Under the pieces are notes generated by a model. That model did not search any database. It was not told the origin of the DNA and saw only the letters and a list, made by a program, of their open reading frames with translations. 64,000 nt of DNA, taken from NCBI RefSeq assembly GCF_009834535.1, contig NC_045696.1, positions 71,674,001 to 71,738,000 of the forward strand, written 5' to 3'. This DNA is from Camelus ferus (lineage: Eukaryota). The first letter of the stretch is position 1, and each line of letters opens with the position of its first letter. The position numbers were made by a program, and so were the translations under genes. Below are positions 46,301-62,001 of the stretch, piece after piece.

Positions 46301-49300
46301 TATTCAGTAATGCCAGACAATTTTTACACTTTTAAGAGTAGCTTTGAAGTATTTGTGGTTAACTCTTTTGCCTCCTAAACCCCATTTTTCAGGTAAACAT
46401 TAAGACCTTTAAGTGTTCTTCATGATGTGGTTCTCTGTGGGGGACTCCTCTTTGGATTTTGTTAGTTTGTCAGGGACCCTCATAAAATACGCAGTTCACA
46501 TATGTGAACAGTGTCCAGATGTGTTTTACCCAGGCAGGACACAAGTAGGACCATCCTCTCCCCTTTACTCTGGCCTATAGAGTCACATTGGTTCAATTAC
46601 AGAATTTCTGAATCAGAAAAAGAGTTGTATAATTTCCCCCACCCCATCCCTTTCAATTCTTGAATCCTCTCTTTAACTTTCGCTATACTGCTGTTTATAT
46701 GCAGAGATGCTGCCTAAGCAATCATGGACTTTCTATTAATGCATCTCAGATTGCTCTAGGATTCTGATAGACAGGGCACATGTGGCTCACATGGGCTTCC
46801 GTTCAGTGGAAGCCCTTAGTCATCCAGTTGGTCAGTGTCAGTAATCCTCCATGCTGGTGTCACATTTCCAGTCCAGGTCACTCGCCACCCTGTCAGCTCA
46901 TATGAGAAGTAATTATTTTGACCTTACTTTATCATTGTTCTAAAACAGTTTCATGTTTGACCAGTCCCAATTAACTGGTGGAGCAGAAGGGAATATCTTT
47001 TGAGATGTCCTTATATAACTGGAGATTGGATTGGTGGTTGTTTTGGTGATAAAGCTGTAGGATTTTGATTTATAACCCAGGTCACTACTTTTAGGACACT
47101 CCTGGCATTAGTAATAGGCAACCAGAAGAATACTAAACTTCAGCCCACAACTATTATTCTACAATGAAATAGTGGCTGAAATGCCTTGGATTATGTTTCA
47201 GCTATTGGTGCTGAAGGGAGGGTTTAACAAGAGTAGAGTGTCTGCTGCTCAGATGGAAGTACGCCCCTCAGGGGCAACTAGACTTGCTGGAGTAGTGACT
47301 TCATCTACCCTAAAAGTGAATTAACTGGGTCTGAGCCATTTTTCTGTTAGGCTCTCTAGACACTGTGCCTAGTGCAGCAGTAAAGGTAATTATGTAATTA
47401 GAAATGACAGCATTATTCAGGGATAATGTGGTGCTCTAAAGACTGAATGGATGTTGCTGTATTTATGATGTGAAATGCCAGCTTTGGTGAAGGGTGACAG
47501 GCAAATATTAACCAAAGTGTTTTCATGGTGATAATGACTATCCATGTTGTAGAGTGATCATTTATGATATCAAGATTCCTTAGAATTAGTGTCTAAATAA
47601 TATTGATTTAGAGGTGACCATCTCTCTAATGTGGAAAACATCAATGGCAATTCCTGCCGTTCCAGATGTGAAGTTAGGCTGCATTCAGGCTTTGCCAGCA
47701 AACAGCTGTGTAGCTTTTAGCACATCACTTTGCCTCTGAGTCTCGGTTCCCTCATATGTAAAATGAAGATAATAATACTCACTCCACAGGACCAGTAGAA
47801 GATGAATGTCTAAGTAGTGCCTTATGAGTGCTTAGAATCTTTTGGAGGGGAGAAACTTGAGAAGCAGGGATAGTGAGAATAGCTTTAGATGCAGGGGCAG
47901 CATCCTCTCCCCACTTGCCCTGCTCCATCATAGGCACTATCAGTGCTGCTTCTCTTCTTCTTGCTCCTTCCCAGCTTCTGCCTGTGGGGGTCTGTTCTGG
48001 AAGGGTTGTAGGCTGATCCTGATGTGAGTTTGCCGCCTTGGGTAAGAGTGTGCTTTCTTGTTCCTGGGGCCACCCCTCTGCTTTCACCTTTTTGGTGCTC
48101 CAAATGAAAACTCAGGAGTAGAACCCAGCTGCCTGAGTGTTGCTGACTCTCAGCACTGTGGACTCTCTTCAGACTTTCCCACTGGTGGGCACAGGATAGA
48201 AAAGCACACGAGAGGGGAGTATTGCCTCCAACAAGTGTTATCCTTCTGGTCTCAGAGAGGATCTCCCACTGAAGGATTCAAGGTTTCCTGTTTCCAGTGT
48301 GTCTGCAGGTTGTGACTGAGCCTGTTAGCCCAGGGGTTTGGTTTGCTTTCAATGAATGCAGTACTAAAGCTTTAGCCCTCCAGTTCACTGTGCTGGCCTC
48401 CAGGCCAGTGTCCTACATTGCCTGCCCTTGGAAAAACCTGTAGGATTAACAACCTGTCTAAGTTTCCAGATTTCAAACAATAAACCAGGCCTCCAAGAAA
48501 AAGCTTAAATGTTAAATTACAAGATCTAGAAAATGCAGCTTCAGGTGTGCAGCATTTCATCAAAGGATAGCTTCTTTGCCTGTTGAAGTTCAAGTATCCC
48601 TATTAGATAAAATAACAGATAAAGAATCTAGAGAAAGGCTTTCTAAAATGGTAGAGGTTGCTTGTGTGTTGCTGGCAGATTACAATGGCAGATTGGTGGC
48701 TGAAATAGATGATTGGAAGCAACTTACTTGAAAGTGAGCAGATTTTCTTGGTTGTCAAAAGGAAGCCCTCGCAGAGAAAGAGCACAAATTGGAAGAATAC
48801 AAGTGCAAGTCATCCAGAGTTTCCCTGGTGTGCAAAGAACTCAGGTCCCAGATCCAGAGCCTGCCAGACTTATCTCGATTGCCCAATGTCACCGACAGCC
48901 ACATGCATCTGCCCTTTGCTGGGGACATCTACAGTGAAGATTGATGACCATTCTCTTTCCAGGGCCCAGGACTTTGCAAAAGATGGAGATAGGTTTGGTG
49001 GATAGTCTTGTTGCGTTATCTTTGTATATTGTGGAGAGAGTGAAGTTTGTTAACAAAAGAAAGGACAAATAATTTATAAAGTTGTTTAAAATGTTGGTTT
49101 GTTTACTGTTTTATTGGTAAGTTAACATGACTTAGTTTAAACAAAGTGATGGTCTCTGTGTGTTAATAAGCTCACAAATAGTGATTATTTTCAAAAGATC
49201 TTTTTGTAAATTTTTTTGATCCAGGACCTTGTGAGAAATTCCATGTTTCTATTTCTTCATGTATTTTCAAATATTCTTCTTTATTTTCTTCAGTATCTAA

Positions 49301-52300
49301 TCACTGTATAGTATGTAATTCCTAAAGCATAACTAATCAGGAGTTGGTTGAGACTTTATTATAGTTAGGACTTGATTGTAGAAGTAACTAAATGTTCCAA
49401 TTCAATCTTTACCCTTCTCCCCAACCAAAATATCAGTTCTGTGCTTCTCAATGGTTTTGATTCCTTATTTCCTAGAGGTCAGTAATTTAACACTAAACAT
49501 GGATGTCATTTTGAGAGTCAGATCAGAACCTAGAGAACTTATCCACAGTAGCACTATAGGGGTTCCATTCCACTACCACAGTGTAGAATAAAAGGAGTGT
49601 TAAATAGGGAACCCCCCTTGATTAAACTATCTAGAATTTCATAGTAGATTAATATGAAAATGCTTCGGAAGTGTTATAAATTTTGACATTCTTCCAAGAC
49701 AACAACTTATTCTGGAGCTGATGTCTCTTTGTCAGATCAGGCTCTTTTTAACATAATTGATCCCTTTACTACACAGCCATCTGTGGGATTAAAAAGAGTG
49801 TAAAATAATGATACTTTATTATTCTCTTAGCCATTTAACTTTAAAAACAATAGTATTTTTAGCTCTAATATCTCAAGAACACAGTTTTCATTAATGTTCA
49901 GTGGAATAGCCTGGAACATTTTTAATGTTTCCTTAAGGTTTTTGAATGACTATATATTTCGAACTTAAACAATGCTACACTACAGGGTAGATCTGGTAAA
50001 TGTTATATTTGTATATTTAGGATTACCAGAACAAATGTATGTTTATCTTTTATTTCTAATCCTATGTGTTAGAGCAGTTGCATGCTCTCCTGCTTTCTCT
50101 CTAAATCACATTGTTAAGCTGTGGATTTTGTACTCAGTGATGATTTAGGATAAACTTTTTTTTTCATTCATTACTTTACATATTAGACATTTCTCTTTTC
50201 ATTGTAAGAAGATTCAAATTACATAGTCAATAAAACATCTCTTAAATCCTTCAAAGTAAATATTGGTGGGGAAAGGATCCCAGATCATTCTCATTCTCTC
50301 CTTTGGTTCTAGAATAGATCTTTTCTCAGATGACAGTTACACGTATGAACTAATATACTGGTAAATGCTTAAAAGTAGCATAAAATTAGACCTTAGACTG
50401 AAGGTGGGAAGAAGAGGGTGGAGGAAGATGTAATGAGAGCAACTTCTCTGTTCTGTTTTGGTTTTCTATTGAAAGGTTTTTGGTAAGATGAACATCCATT
50501 AAAAAAAAAAAAAAAAAGAAAGCTCACATTTATTGAGTGTGAGGCCCTTGACCATGTGCTTTTGTATCTTTAAAACTCAGAAAAGTAGGTATTATTACTC
50601 TCATTTTGGTAGATGGCAAAATTAAAAAGAAAAAGAGAAACAAGTTAAGAAAATTTCTCAAAGCCTTTGTGCTACTAGGAGATAGAGACAGAATTTGAAC
50701 TGAGGTCTAATTTCAAAGCCTATGTTCTTTCTGTTACAGCAAGGCAGAAATTTTTGCTGCTACTTGTAAATAAATTTTTGGTGGATATTTATGTTAACTG
50801 AGTCCTGGGCAAAGATTTCTGCCTTACCCCTCTCCCTGTATGCTCCCTGAGGGCAGGGATGTTGTCTGATTCATCTTCCTGTCCTTAGGTTTAGCTGGTA
50901 CCTGGCATTATTCATGAAGAAGCTCTTTTCCTATTTGTTCTGTTTGAATGGATTGGAAAAGGCCCTGGTCCTGGCCTTCTAGCCTTCCTGGGTCTCACTT
51001 TCTTCTAAGTCGCATTTGTGGTTCTTCTCACTAACAGTGTGCTGCCTGCCTGTCTAAACCTTCCAGGGTTTGTCTCACACCTTCCCTCCCGCTAAGCCCT
51101 GAGCAGAATGGGCCATGCCAGGCCCAGCCTCCCTCCCTTTTCTGAGCACCTGTAATAGTCAGTGTCACATCTCATATGTGTTTTCCAGCATTTAGTTGCA
51201 GTCTGGATTTTCTCTCGTATCCAAGTATTGGTACTTGTTTTGGTTGCTGGTTGAACATGTACTATAAAGTCTTTTCTAGTGACTGTGTCTTACTTCAGGG
51301 TGGAAATCCCAACTAACACTGCTTTGTGGCTTTGTAGGCTGAATTAGCCATGTAGTTAGTAGGAGATCAAGAATCACATGTTTAATTGAATATAATTTCT
51401 TTATTCCCTAAATTTCCTCATCTCTAAAGTAGGGTGATAATTATGCTGGTCTCTCTGCTTATTTTCCCAGAAGAGCTCTATACTATACATTTGAAAAACA
51501 AAGTTTTTAAAAATAATAATATAGTTGATTTATATATTTGTTTTATATTTTATACACATTTTATATGTCATATATTTTTATAACTAATGTGATTGTTAAA
51601 AAGAAATCATTTCAGGACTACAGCGAAAGGGACCCTGTGAATATAAAATGACCTCAATTGTTTGCTTTATGGACTAGCAGGAGAAGCACAAAGGGATTGT
51701 TTTGTTGTCCCTCCAATCCAGTTAAGAGGAACACTACCAGCATTCGGCTAGTACTTACCAGAAACTGCAGCTTGAACAGTGTGAGCTTGTGAGACACAGG
51801 TTGAAAACAAACGCCTTCAATGCCTGCAGGAGGAAGCAGTGGGGCCGACATGGGCAGAGGAAGTGAGGCAAGGGTGGCGGAGGATATGAGAAGGCCACTG
51901 GACCCTACACCTTAACTCTGGCAGCAGCGGAGATTGTGAGTGGTTGCCTTGAGGGAGTGTGCAATAATCTGTCCTCCTGCTGAGGGTCAGCTGCTCTCCT
52001 TGCTTCTCTCTTTGCAGCTAGCCTGGGCTGTTCCGGGTAGCAGAGAAAGAGAGTAGTTCAAGGCGCCCTAAGAACATGCCTCTCACACAGTGCACTTTGA
52101 GATGGTGAGGCCATTGTGGGGCAGAGGGGCTGCTGTTCCACATTTTATCACCCCTGTGTGGGCAAAAATTCACACAAAGCACTGGATCTGGGCTGTTTTT
52201 GCAAGTGCTTTAAGATAATGTGAATCAAGTAATTTGAATCAGACTCTGTGGTAGCTCTTCTTTGAGAGTCTTCTATGCTTCCCCCAGGATGAGCGGTTGT

Positions 52301-55300
52301 TGTTTTGTTTTACTCTTCTCCACTGCAGTGGGTCTTCACCTGGGCCCCGGAGTCCAGTTAGAGGGTTGGCTGCTCTCCCCTCAGGAGCTGAAGGCTTTTG
52401 TCTGTCCATCTGTAGGGAGAAAAGTGTTTTCCTGGGCACCTCCCCTCCTCCAGGTCTGCCCTCCAGTCTCCCACTCAGTCCCCAATCCAGGGAAAAGAGT
52501 TGCGGGTGGCTGTCAACACCCCTCACATCCTGGCTCACTCAGCCTTTCACAATTTGTTTAAAACTTTTAGGCGAATTCTTCTTATCTGCTTGATGGGTTC
52601 AAGACCGGTTATACTTTTGTAGTTTATCTGGCTTTTCTTTTCACGGTGAGAGTGAGCCTCTTTCCAGCATTCTGAGTTCCAGGGTAAAGCAGAACATCTC
52701 CTTGGCTTTTTACCTTGTGTATATTCATGGAGAAAATGTGCTTCATCCACACAGCCTTCCTTCATCTGTGTTGTTTCAGGCAAGCTACTGTGTTTGCCAT
52801 ACTGGCATTTTTGCAAACTTCTAGTAAACTGGCCTCAAATGTTTTCTCTGTGTTTTGCCAGTGTTGGGTGCCTTGAATGTTAAATAACTGTAGATCATTT
52901 TTAAGAGAGCTAAGCTAGATGGAAATGCATCCTTCCACCTGTTATCCAGCAACTAACTACGTGCAGGGATCTCTCATGTCGGGGAGCCGCAGGTGTTGGG
53001 CAGTCATTGGATGCCTGGCTCCCTAACAGGGCCTCCCTTGGCCCTCTGTGGCGAGGGGCTTATATTTGTGCTACAGAGGCTCATCTGCATTCCCTGTTTT
53101 TTTAAAAAATGCTTCAAGTAGCCTGAAATTTCTGCTGAATTATACTTAAAATATCTAATTTTAACATAAGATCATTGAGGATCAAAATGGAAATGGTCCT
53201 GCGCATCTTGGAATTTTTCCTGAAGGGTAAGGCTGTTGTCACATCTGCTTCCTGTTAGGTGTGAGTGAGCCTGGCCCAGCCACAGTGCCTCTGAGCCTAG
53301 TCTCGCAGCTGAAGTAGCTCTCCCCAAATAGGTTTAAATTCTTTTTCTGCTCATTGTGAGAGATGGGAACTGGTTGATTTTAATGAGTCTGGAAAGGAAG
53401 ACTATCTCGTCAGAATTCAAGCACTTATTTCTTATTAGTGGGCACTAATGAGTATAATAAACTTAGATTCTGGAGTTTAACACATTGATGTTGTTAAAGA
53501 CATGTGTATTTAATTCAAATTAGCAAAGGACAAAATAGTTTATTCTGTAGCACCCTGCTAGTAGTGGCATGGCCAGGATTTGAGCCTAGTGAGGTTTGGC
53601 CCCAGAGTCTGCATTCCTGATCTCTACTGCTGTGGAGCACTATGGATTCAGGGCTTCGTACCCTCCAGGCTGGGGTGATGTCGCAGAACCTCAGAGCAGG
53701 AAGCTCCAGGGGGTCATCAGCAAAGGTGTCGTCAGGAACTGAGGCCGCTGTTCTCTCCTTGCTGTCTGTCACCTGGTCTCTGGTCTCTGCTTCCCTCTCG
53801 TGTCTATGCCATTCTGCTCATCTCTGCAGATTAACTCTCTATTCATTTATCAATGGGTATGAACTCAGAGGGCCATCCCCAGCCATTGTTCCTTTCCACA
53901 TCCAGAGACAGTCGCTACTGACTCTCAGTCTCTGAATCTGTCTGTACAACTTCTTTCTCTGGAGAATCTGATTGGCCTGGCTCACAGGAAACTTCGACAT
54001 TTCTGATCATATCAGCTGAGAGTTCAGAAATTGACTTGGTCTTGGAATGGGGGAGGAAATCCTCAGAGAAGAGGGCTTTAGACTGTGGAGATACCTCAAA
54101 ACAAATGTAGTAACTTAGAAGGCACTGGCCTTATGTTTCCAACCTTTAGAATTAGTAGGGGTGTTAAATACTTGGGCAGCGCTGTGTTCGGTGTGCTGCT
54201 TCTTTCTTTGGCGCATATTCCAAGGCCCACTGCCCTTATGTGGCCACCTTGGTGCTTAGGCACCACAACTACTCAGGATACCAACTGGCAGTGAACAGAT
54301 TTTTAGGAAGTGCCCCCAAGGAGCAAGGCACTGTGCCAGGCCTATAGCCCACAAGCTGTTGTGGGGAGAGCATTAGATGTGGAACCTGTGGACTGCCGAG
54401 CAACCCGCCAGCCCCTCAGCACCCAGCTGACAGAGGATCCAAGGAGCTTGGGGAGGAGGCCTGTGAACCACTGGCCTGGAGGAGAGTCCGAGGCCCAATC
54501 TGATAGTTATAGCAAGAGACAGTGCAAATAGTCACATGTTGGTCCCTGACTGGTTGTCAGTCCAGATAGTGCTGTAAGTTTGGAGGCTGAAGTTATTGTG
54601 AGCTTCAGTGATTCAAGAAAGCTTCATACTAGATGTATGACTTGAGCTGGATCCTAACGGAAGGAGAGGATTTAGGTAGGTGGAGAGGGGAAAGCTTTTC
54701 AACTGGGGTGGGGTAAGGGAAATGGCCGCTTTTGGTAACTGCGTTGGTCTTCATGTACTGGTTGTCCTGTTTATTCCACTCTTTGCTCAGTCCCTGGTCA
54801 CTGAACATCCCCTGGACAACTGAGAAGCTTTGCCTTGAAAGAAGGAATGACCTCAAGCTAGAAGGCAGATCTGTGGTCTCACTTTTTATCCTTCTTCATA
54901 TACATAGATCCTTTTCTGGGGGAAAGAGTCTGGAGAGGCTAGGGGACATGGAAATAATATTTAAAATGATATTACATAGCTACCATTTATTTTCTGTCTG
55001 TTTAGTGTCACATATTGTGCTTTATATATACTGTTGATTTAATTAAATTTAATTAGAAGTACAGTCCATTTTTATGGAGTAGAAATTTGAGGTTTGAATA
55101 GATTAAGAAGCTTGCCTAAGGTCATACTGAGTGGAAAGGTCAGAATTAGAAGCCAGGATTGGCTGGCTTCAAGGCCTATGGGTTGACACACAGAATTCAA
55201 TTATTGAATGGAATATAAACCAGTAAATGATAGACATGTTATTAGTGGTTTTAAAAATCTTTCGAAAAATCCAGTGGAAGCTAAAATCATGTTTCCTGAG

Positions 55301-57259
55301 TATAAGTATTTTACCAGCCACTTGAAATACTCATTTATTAATAATCACTGTCTTCCAAAGGAAAACTGTCATTTAAAATCTGAAGATTTACTTTATAGTC
55401 CTTAAACATCCAAAGGTGATAAACATGTGACACTTAGACAAGAATAAGCCTTTGTCAAGGAAGAAATTTTGGGGAGTGCTGCCTTCTTGACACTTCCTGT
55501 GCTAAGCACCAGAGTTTTATGGAAAAAAGCTAATAAAATTATAGCCCCGATTATAATATAACAGTGAGGTAACAGCATCAGCGTACTCTCTTACTTATTA
55601 TGGAACAGTCCCTATATTTAGAGGACTTTACTATGAGGGAGATTCAAAACATACAGGTGGACAAACTACAGGTGCCCCAAATGTTTGAGCACACTGGTCT
55701 TCCCTTATCTGATCCCAGATCCTGTCCAACCAGGTTTCAGTTTGTATGTCTGTTCTTTTAAACCTGTTATCAGATCAGTTTAAATTCATTTTAGCCCTAT
55801 TCTTTTTCTATACCCAGGGAAGCTAGAATTAATTCAATCACCGAGGGGAAAGAGGTCTGTCTGCCTGTTCTCAGTATTTAACCTCTGATTTAAGACTAAC
55901 CACATTTACTGAGACCCTGGCACCAGGCCAGGGGCTAGGATCGGGGTGTGAAGGCGCAGCCGTGACCCCTGCGGGAGGCCATAGGCTCTGTGAAAGCCAA
56001 TACCTGGCCACCTCCCCTGCTGCAGCCCCAGCGTCCTGCACTGCTCCTCAGGTATACTGGGGGATTAGGGGAATGCGAGGTTCTCCTGGAGCTTACAGTC
56101 TGACAGGGAGGCAGATATTAAGCCGTAAGCTATAGAAGGAAAAATTTTAGCCAGTCAGCCATCACTCCCCCGTTCCTCCCTCATCTCACGGGCTTCTCTC
56201 CTTGTGGTCTCCCGGCCTCACTGCTTCTCTGTCCTCCACGTGTGCTGCTTCGCTGTACACTTGGTGATTCAGTTGTGAAGCTCAACTCTTTTCCTCACTA
56301 TCTCAAAACTTATGCACATAAAAGGTTAGAGGGTTCAGGAGAATTTTCTGAAGATGGGAAAGGAGGTGTTTGTAGTCTAGAAATGCAGACACTTTGAAAT
56401 GGAGCTGGAGGCATCACTGTGTTTAAAATGTCCTGTGGCCATTCCCAGCACCTGGGGGCTTCACAGGTTCTCCCTTCTCCTTGTCACTGGCTCCTTCCCT
56501 CCCCTATGGCTCCCTTCTCTTTTTTCTCTCTCTTTTGTTTTTTCATTAAAAATTGTATTTATTTATTTTTGACAAATAAAATTGTATATATTTAAAGTGT
56601 ACAATGTGATATATGTATACACTGTGAAATGATTACAGCAATCTAACAACATATCCATCACCTCCCATAGTTACTTTTTTGTTTGTTCATTTTTTTATAA
56701 AAAATTTGTATTGAGATGTAGTTGATTTACAATACTATATTAGTTTCAGATGTCTAACATAGTAATTCAAAGCTTTACAGATTATACTCCACTTAAAGTT
56801 ATTCTTTCCCCTCTTTTTCTCCCCCCGCTGGTCAGAAAGGTCTGGTGCAGGACCTAGACTAGAAAGATGAGTGTCATGAACTCCCTGACCCCCATCCCTC
56901 TACTTTGCATTCCATTTTGTTTCTGTTGCATTATTTATCCCTCCAGCAACCAAAAGAAGCTTTGCTGACAAAGGAGGAAAAAAATCCCTCAGGCTGTGAA
57001 ATGGGATTTAGACCTTGACATATGGTGCAGAAATGAGAAGGAAAATTCCACTCCTCAAACCTGGTTTGCCCTTCAGGTGTGGCGAGAGCATTTTCTCCTT
57101 CAGCGCCTTAGGAAGACCAAGCCAGATTTTAAAAAGAAAGATCATGTTCATCATTTTCTATGGCTTTGTGGTATAATCTAAAAAAGAAGCAGAAGAAATT
57201 ACATGGTATTTCATAAGGGCGTTAAAAACTCTGTTTATAAAAGTAATATGTGGCTTGTA

Positions 57260-59010
57260 TTTAAGATTAAAAGAGTCAATCATATCAGTTCTCCCCAAAT
57301 TGATCTATAATTAAACACAACTCTAGTCATAAGTCTGTCAAGGTTTTTTTTGTTTTTTGTAGAAATCAACCAGCTGATTTTAAAATTTATATTCAGTTAA
57401 AAGGTACTATAATAGGCAAAAAGAATTTCTACAAAGCAAAGTAATCAAGACAGTGTGGTATTAGCAAAAGGACAGATACATATATCTGTGGACCAGAATA
57501 GAGAATCCAGACATAGTCCCACACAAATATGGCCAATTGATTTTTGACAAAGGTGTATAGGCAATTCAATAGAGAAAAGTGTAAAGGCAATTTCCAGCAA
57601 AGTTGCTGGGACAATTGAGCCTCTATATTCAAAAAATAAACCTTCACCTATACCTCACCCCTTATACAAAAATTAACTCAAAGTGGATCATGGACCTAAA
57701 TGTAAAACCTATTAGAAATCTGTTAGAAACCATAGGAGGAAATCTTTGTGACCTGAGGTTGACACCAAAAGCAGGATTCATGGAGGAAAAATTTGATAAA
57801 TTGGATTTCATTAAAATTAAAGATGTTTTCTCTGCAAAAAATACCGTGAGAGAATGAAAAGACAACTAACTGGGGGAAAAAATTACGAGTCACATATCTG
57901 ACAAAAGACTTTTATCCAGAATACATAAAGAACTCTCAAACTCAATGATAAATAAAAAACAAACAACCCAATTTACAGATAGGCAAAAAAAATTGAATGG
58001 ATACTTTATCAAAGAAGATATACAGATGGAAAATAAGCACAGGAAAATATGGTCAACATCAGTAATCATTGGGGAAGTTGCTCACTTACTAGGGTGGTTA
58101 AAAAATGAGAATAAAGGGGGTGGGAAAGGATAAGTTGGGAGTTTGAGATTTGCAGAGACTAACTACTGTATATAAAATAGATAAACAACAGGTTTCTACT
58201 GTGAAGCACAGGGAACTATATTCAATATCTTGTAGTAACCTATAATGAAAAAGAATATGAAAAGGAATATATATGTGTATGTATGACTGAAACATTATGC
58301 TGTACACCAGAAATTGACACAACATTGTAAACGGCTATACTTCAATAAAAAACAAAATGAAACAAATGACAATAGCAAGTCATAGAATGAGAAGGGTCTG
58401 GATCTCAAACAGTGTTGGTGGGAGTGTAAAATGGTACAGCCACTTTGGCAGTAATAAATAAATAAATGGTTGGCAGTTTCTTATAAAGTTAAACATTCAC
58501 TTATGCAACCCAGCAGTCCTACCCCAAGAGAAATGAAAACATATGGTCACACAAAAATAGGTAGTTAACGTTAACAGCAGCTTTATTCTTAATCACTAAA
58601 AACTGGAAACAACCCAAACGTCCCTCACCTGGGGAATGGATAAACAACTTGTGGCACATTTGTACGATGGAATATTCAACAATAAAAAGAAGTGAATTAT
58701 TGATAGATACAGCAACATGAATAAATCTGAAATGCATATGCTAAGCTTAAGACGAAAGGCTCAAAAGGCACATATTAAATGATTCCATTTATATGACATA
58801 GGGAAAGGGTTAAACTATAGGGATGGAGTGGTTGTCATGGGTTAAGTTTGGGGAGGAGGTGGTTTGACTATAAAGGTATATGGGACTATTCCATGTCCTG
58901 ATTGTGAGGATGGTTAAAGAACTCTGTGCATTTATCAAAACTCAGGGAACTATACACCAAAAAGAGAATTATACTGTATATCTGTTTAAAAAAAATCTTA
59001 AAAAACAAAA
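57260..59010 (+). mobile_element. Old L1M ORF2 and 3' UTR with nested artiodactyl L1 3' end (about 58115-58350)
   Basis: ORF 57603-57857 reads YLTPYTKINSKWIMDLNVK (L1 ORF2). Nested younger 3' UTR with A tail. Confidence 0.85.
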
Positions 59011-60475
59011 AATACAGAAAAAAATATATGCTCATTGTCTAACATTTGGAAAAAACAGAAAAGTACAACAGAGAAAGTCTGCAATTTCATCTCCTGGCCA
59101 AGATCAGTTATCCTTTGAGCATATGTCCTAGTTTTCTTTTCTTTGGCATTTTTACATAGTAAAATCATATCAAAAAATGATATGATCTATCTCCCTTTAT
59201 ATACAGCATACATATTACATATATAATTATGATTTTTAAAACTATATTATAAATTAAATTGTAATTTCATATATTGTAAAACATTTTTATAAACAATAAT
59301 TTAATGGATTTATAATTTTTTACTACATAGATGTACTGTAATTTATTTAAATATTCCCCTAATGTTGGGTGTATAGGTTGTTTCCAGTTTTTCAATGTCA
59401 TTTTTTTTTAATGCAAGGACCATCTTTGTTCAGAAATCTTTGCATACATTTCATACACTTCAAACTGTTTCATTAAGGATAGAGTTCTAGAAAATGTTAT
59501 CATTAGCTCAAAGAGTATGAGTACTAAGTTTTAAAATACATTGGTCATATTGCCTTCCAGAAAACTTACACCATTTTAGTGGCCTATCAACAGATTATGT
59601 TTGTGTGTGGGGTTTCTTGATTTCACCAGATCTCTTTATCAGCATTGTGATCATCTGTTTCCTCGTACGTCAAATGGGGGAAATGACAGGGTTTTGCAGT
59701 AATGCATGTTAAGTGCATCGCACAATACCTGCAGTGTTGTTAGCCCTCTTTGGTAACATTATTTGAATTTTTGTTTGTTTGATAAAAATGGCATAGTATT
59801 CATTTTAACTGAATTTTAAAAATTACTAGTGAACTAGAATGATTTTTAAAAACTTTATTTGCTGTTTGAACTTTTGCCCTATGACTTGTTCATGTGTTCT
59901 TTGGGACCAAGACATTTTTGTGTAGGTTTTTTTCTATGTCAAATATATTAAGTCTTTGTAAATTTTATAGCAGATTTAAAAAATTTTTTCAGTTTGCTAT
60001 TCATTTTATAATTTTACTTTTGGTGACTTAACATATAAAGGTTTTAAGATTTTGGGTAGACAAATCTATAAATCTATTATTTTGTGATTTCTATTGCTTT
60101 TGTACCCTTTAATAAAGAACAAATAGATAATCATCAATTTTATTCTAGTGTTTTAATGGTTTTATTTATTTATTTTTTTTACATTTAATTTTAAATCTCT
60201 ATATGTTTTTGTCTGTGATAAGAGACTAAATTTTCACAGGAGCATTTTATTGAATATTCCTTTGTTAATTGGTGATGCCTCCTTCTTCACATATTAAGTT
60301 TAGGATTTATAGTCTGTTTCTGGGTCTTTCTGTTTACTCTTCTGTTTATTTTTATAACAGTTCCACATAGTTTGGATCATTATTGCTACCTAATATCTTT
60401 AAATATCTTCTAGGAGATACTCCTTTTTCCATCAATCATTTTGTTTAAAAACATTTTCTTAACCCTTTAGCCTTT

Positions 60476-60627
60476 CTTTAAAATTGAGGTATAGTCAGTT
60501 TACAATATTGTGTCAATTTCTGGTGTACAGCACTTCAGTCATACATGCATATACATATATTTGTTTTCATGTTCTTTTTCACTGTAAGCTACTACAAAAT
60601 ATTGAATATATTTCCCTGTGCTGTAAG
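60476..60627 (-). mobile_element. Short L1 3' end insertion with 15-bp TSD
   Basis: TSD AACCCTTTAGCCTTT at 60461-60475 and 60628-60642. Confidence 0.85.
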
Positions 60628-61057
60628 AACCCTTTAGCCTTTTTAATTCTTTCAAATAAACTATATAATTATCCTGTTAATCACCTCCATCACCACAAGT
60701 TTCCTTTAATTTTGAATAGAATTCTATAGGACTATAACTTAATTTGGTAAGAATTAACATTTTAAGATTTGAAATTTTTTTCCTTCTAGAAATATGTCTC
60801 ATTCAAATATTTTATATTTGAGGTTTTTTGTTCTTTTCACATAGATCTAACACAGTCCTTTTTAAGGTTATTCCTTAGCACTTTGTGTTTTTTTTTTTTT
60901 TTTTTATTGTTGTTGCTATTGTAAATGTAATCTTTTTTTTCTTATCTTTTCACCAGTTATTGCTGGAGTATAAAATACTGATTGGGGATATTTACGTTGT
61001 AATCTGCTATTTTATAAAACCATGAAATCTGATACTTTTACAGTTCTCTTGTGTGTT

Positions 61058-61059
<2 letters not shown>

Positions 61060-61111
<52 letters not shown>
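61060..61111. repeat. (GT)n microsatellite
   Basis: About 26 perfect GT units. Confidence 0.97.
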
Positions 61112-61114
<3 letters not shown>

Positions 61115-61963
61115 AACACATAGATGCCCAGTAAATATTTGCTAAATAATGACTGACGGTCATGCCAAAGCTGAATAGTGATAATTCCTTCTGGCCATTT
61201 GTTTGTGGTAGTTTTACCTTTTATTTCCATTTCATGTTTTTGTGTAGTCAGAGCATCCAAAACGATGCTAAATATTTCAAAAGTATTATTAAAAAGAATT
61301 ATGTGTTTAGCTTTGGGTTCATAGTACATGTAGGGTTTTATACTTGTTTCTGCTCAAGGCCTCTATTTTAAAAGCCACATTTTTATGTAATTTTTGATAT
61401 TAGCTTAACATAAATAATTAAAAATACCCAATCATAATGTCCAAGTTATTTTGCACTGTTTAGGGGTTCCACCCCACACATGCATCTTGTGTGCACTGAA
61501 GGCAATAGGAAGACTGTCTTATCTCATTTTGTAACTTAGTCATTTTACACTAACCGTTGGGGATAGCTTTTAATTGTGAAAATTTTAAGAAATCACGAAA
61601 ATAGGGTAGTCTTACAGACCTTACTCATCACCTAGCTTCAACAACCATCAGCATTTTGCCGTAGTGGTCAATTATGTTTATAAATGTCAGGTAGTATTCT
61701 AAAAATATTATTGAGGAGCATGTTGGAAACCTTTGAAACCTATGTATATGGAGTGAGTAACAAAGATAAAATAATTTAAAAAATATTTATGAATACATCT
61801 TTATTTTACCAATGAAAATAACCCATAATGTTTGTGTAAATTACAAATAGTATAGAAGGATGTGAAGTTAAAAGTTAAAGTCTCTCTGTCCCTCATTGAC
61901 TCCAGTCCCACTCTCCAATGGGAACCACATATCCATTTAACACACTACCTGTAGAGGTCCCTC

Positions 61964-61966
<3 letters not shown>

Positions 61967-61998
<32 letters not shown>
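61967..61998. repeat. (GT)n microsatellite at the SINE tail
   Basis: About 16 GT units adjoining the SINE 3' end. Confidence 0.95.

Positions 61999-62001
<3 letters not shown>

Noticed and set aside
48149..48169. RE1/REST-like motif CTCAGCACTGTGGACTCT
   Set aside because: The right half lacks the GGACAG core; too weak to call.
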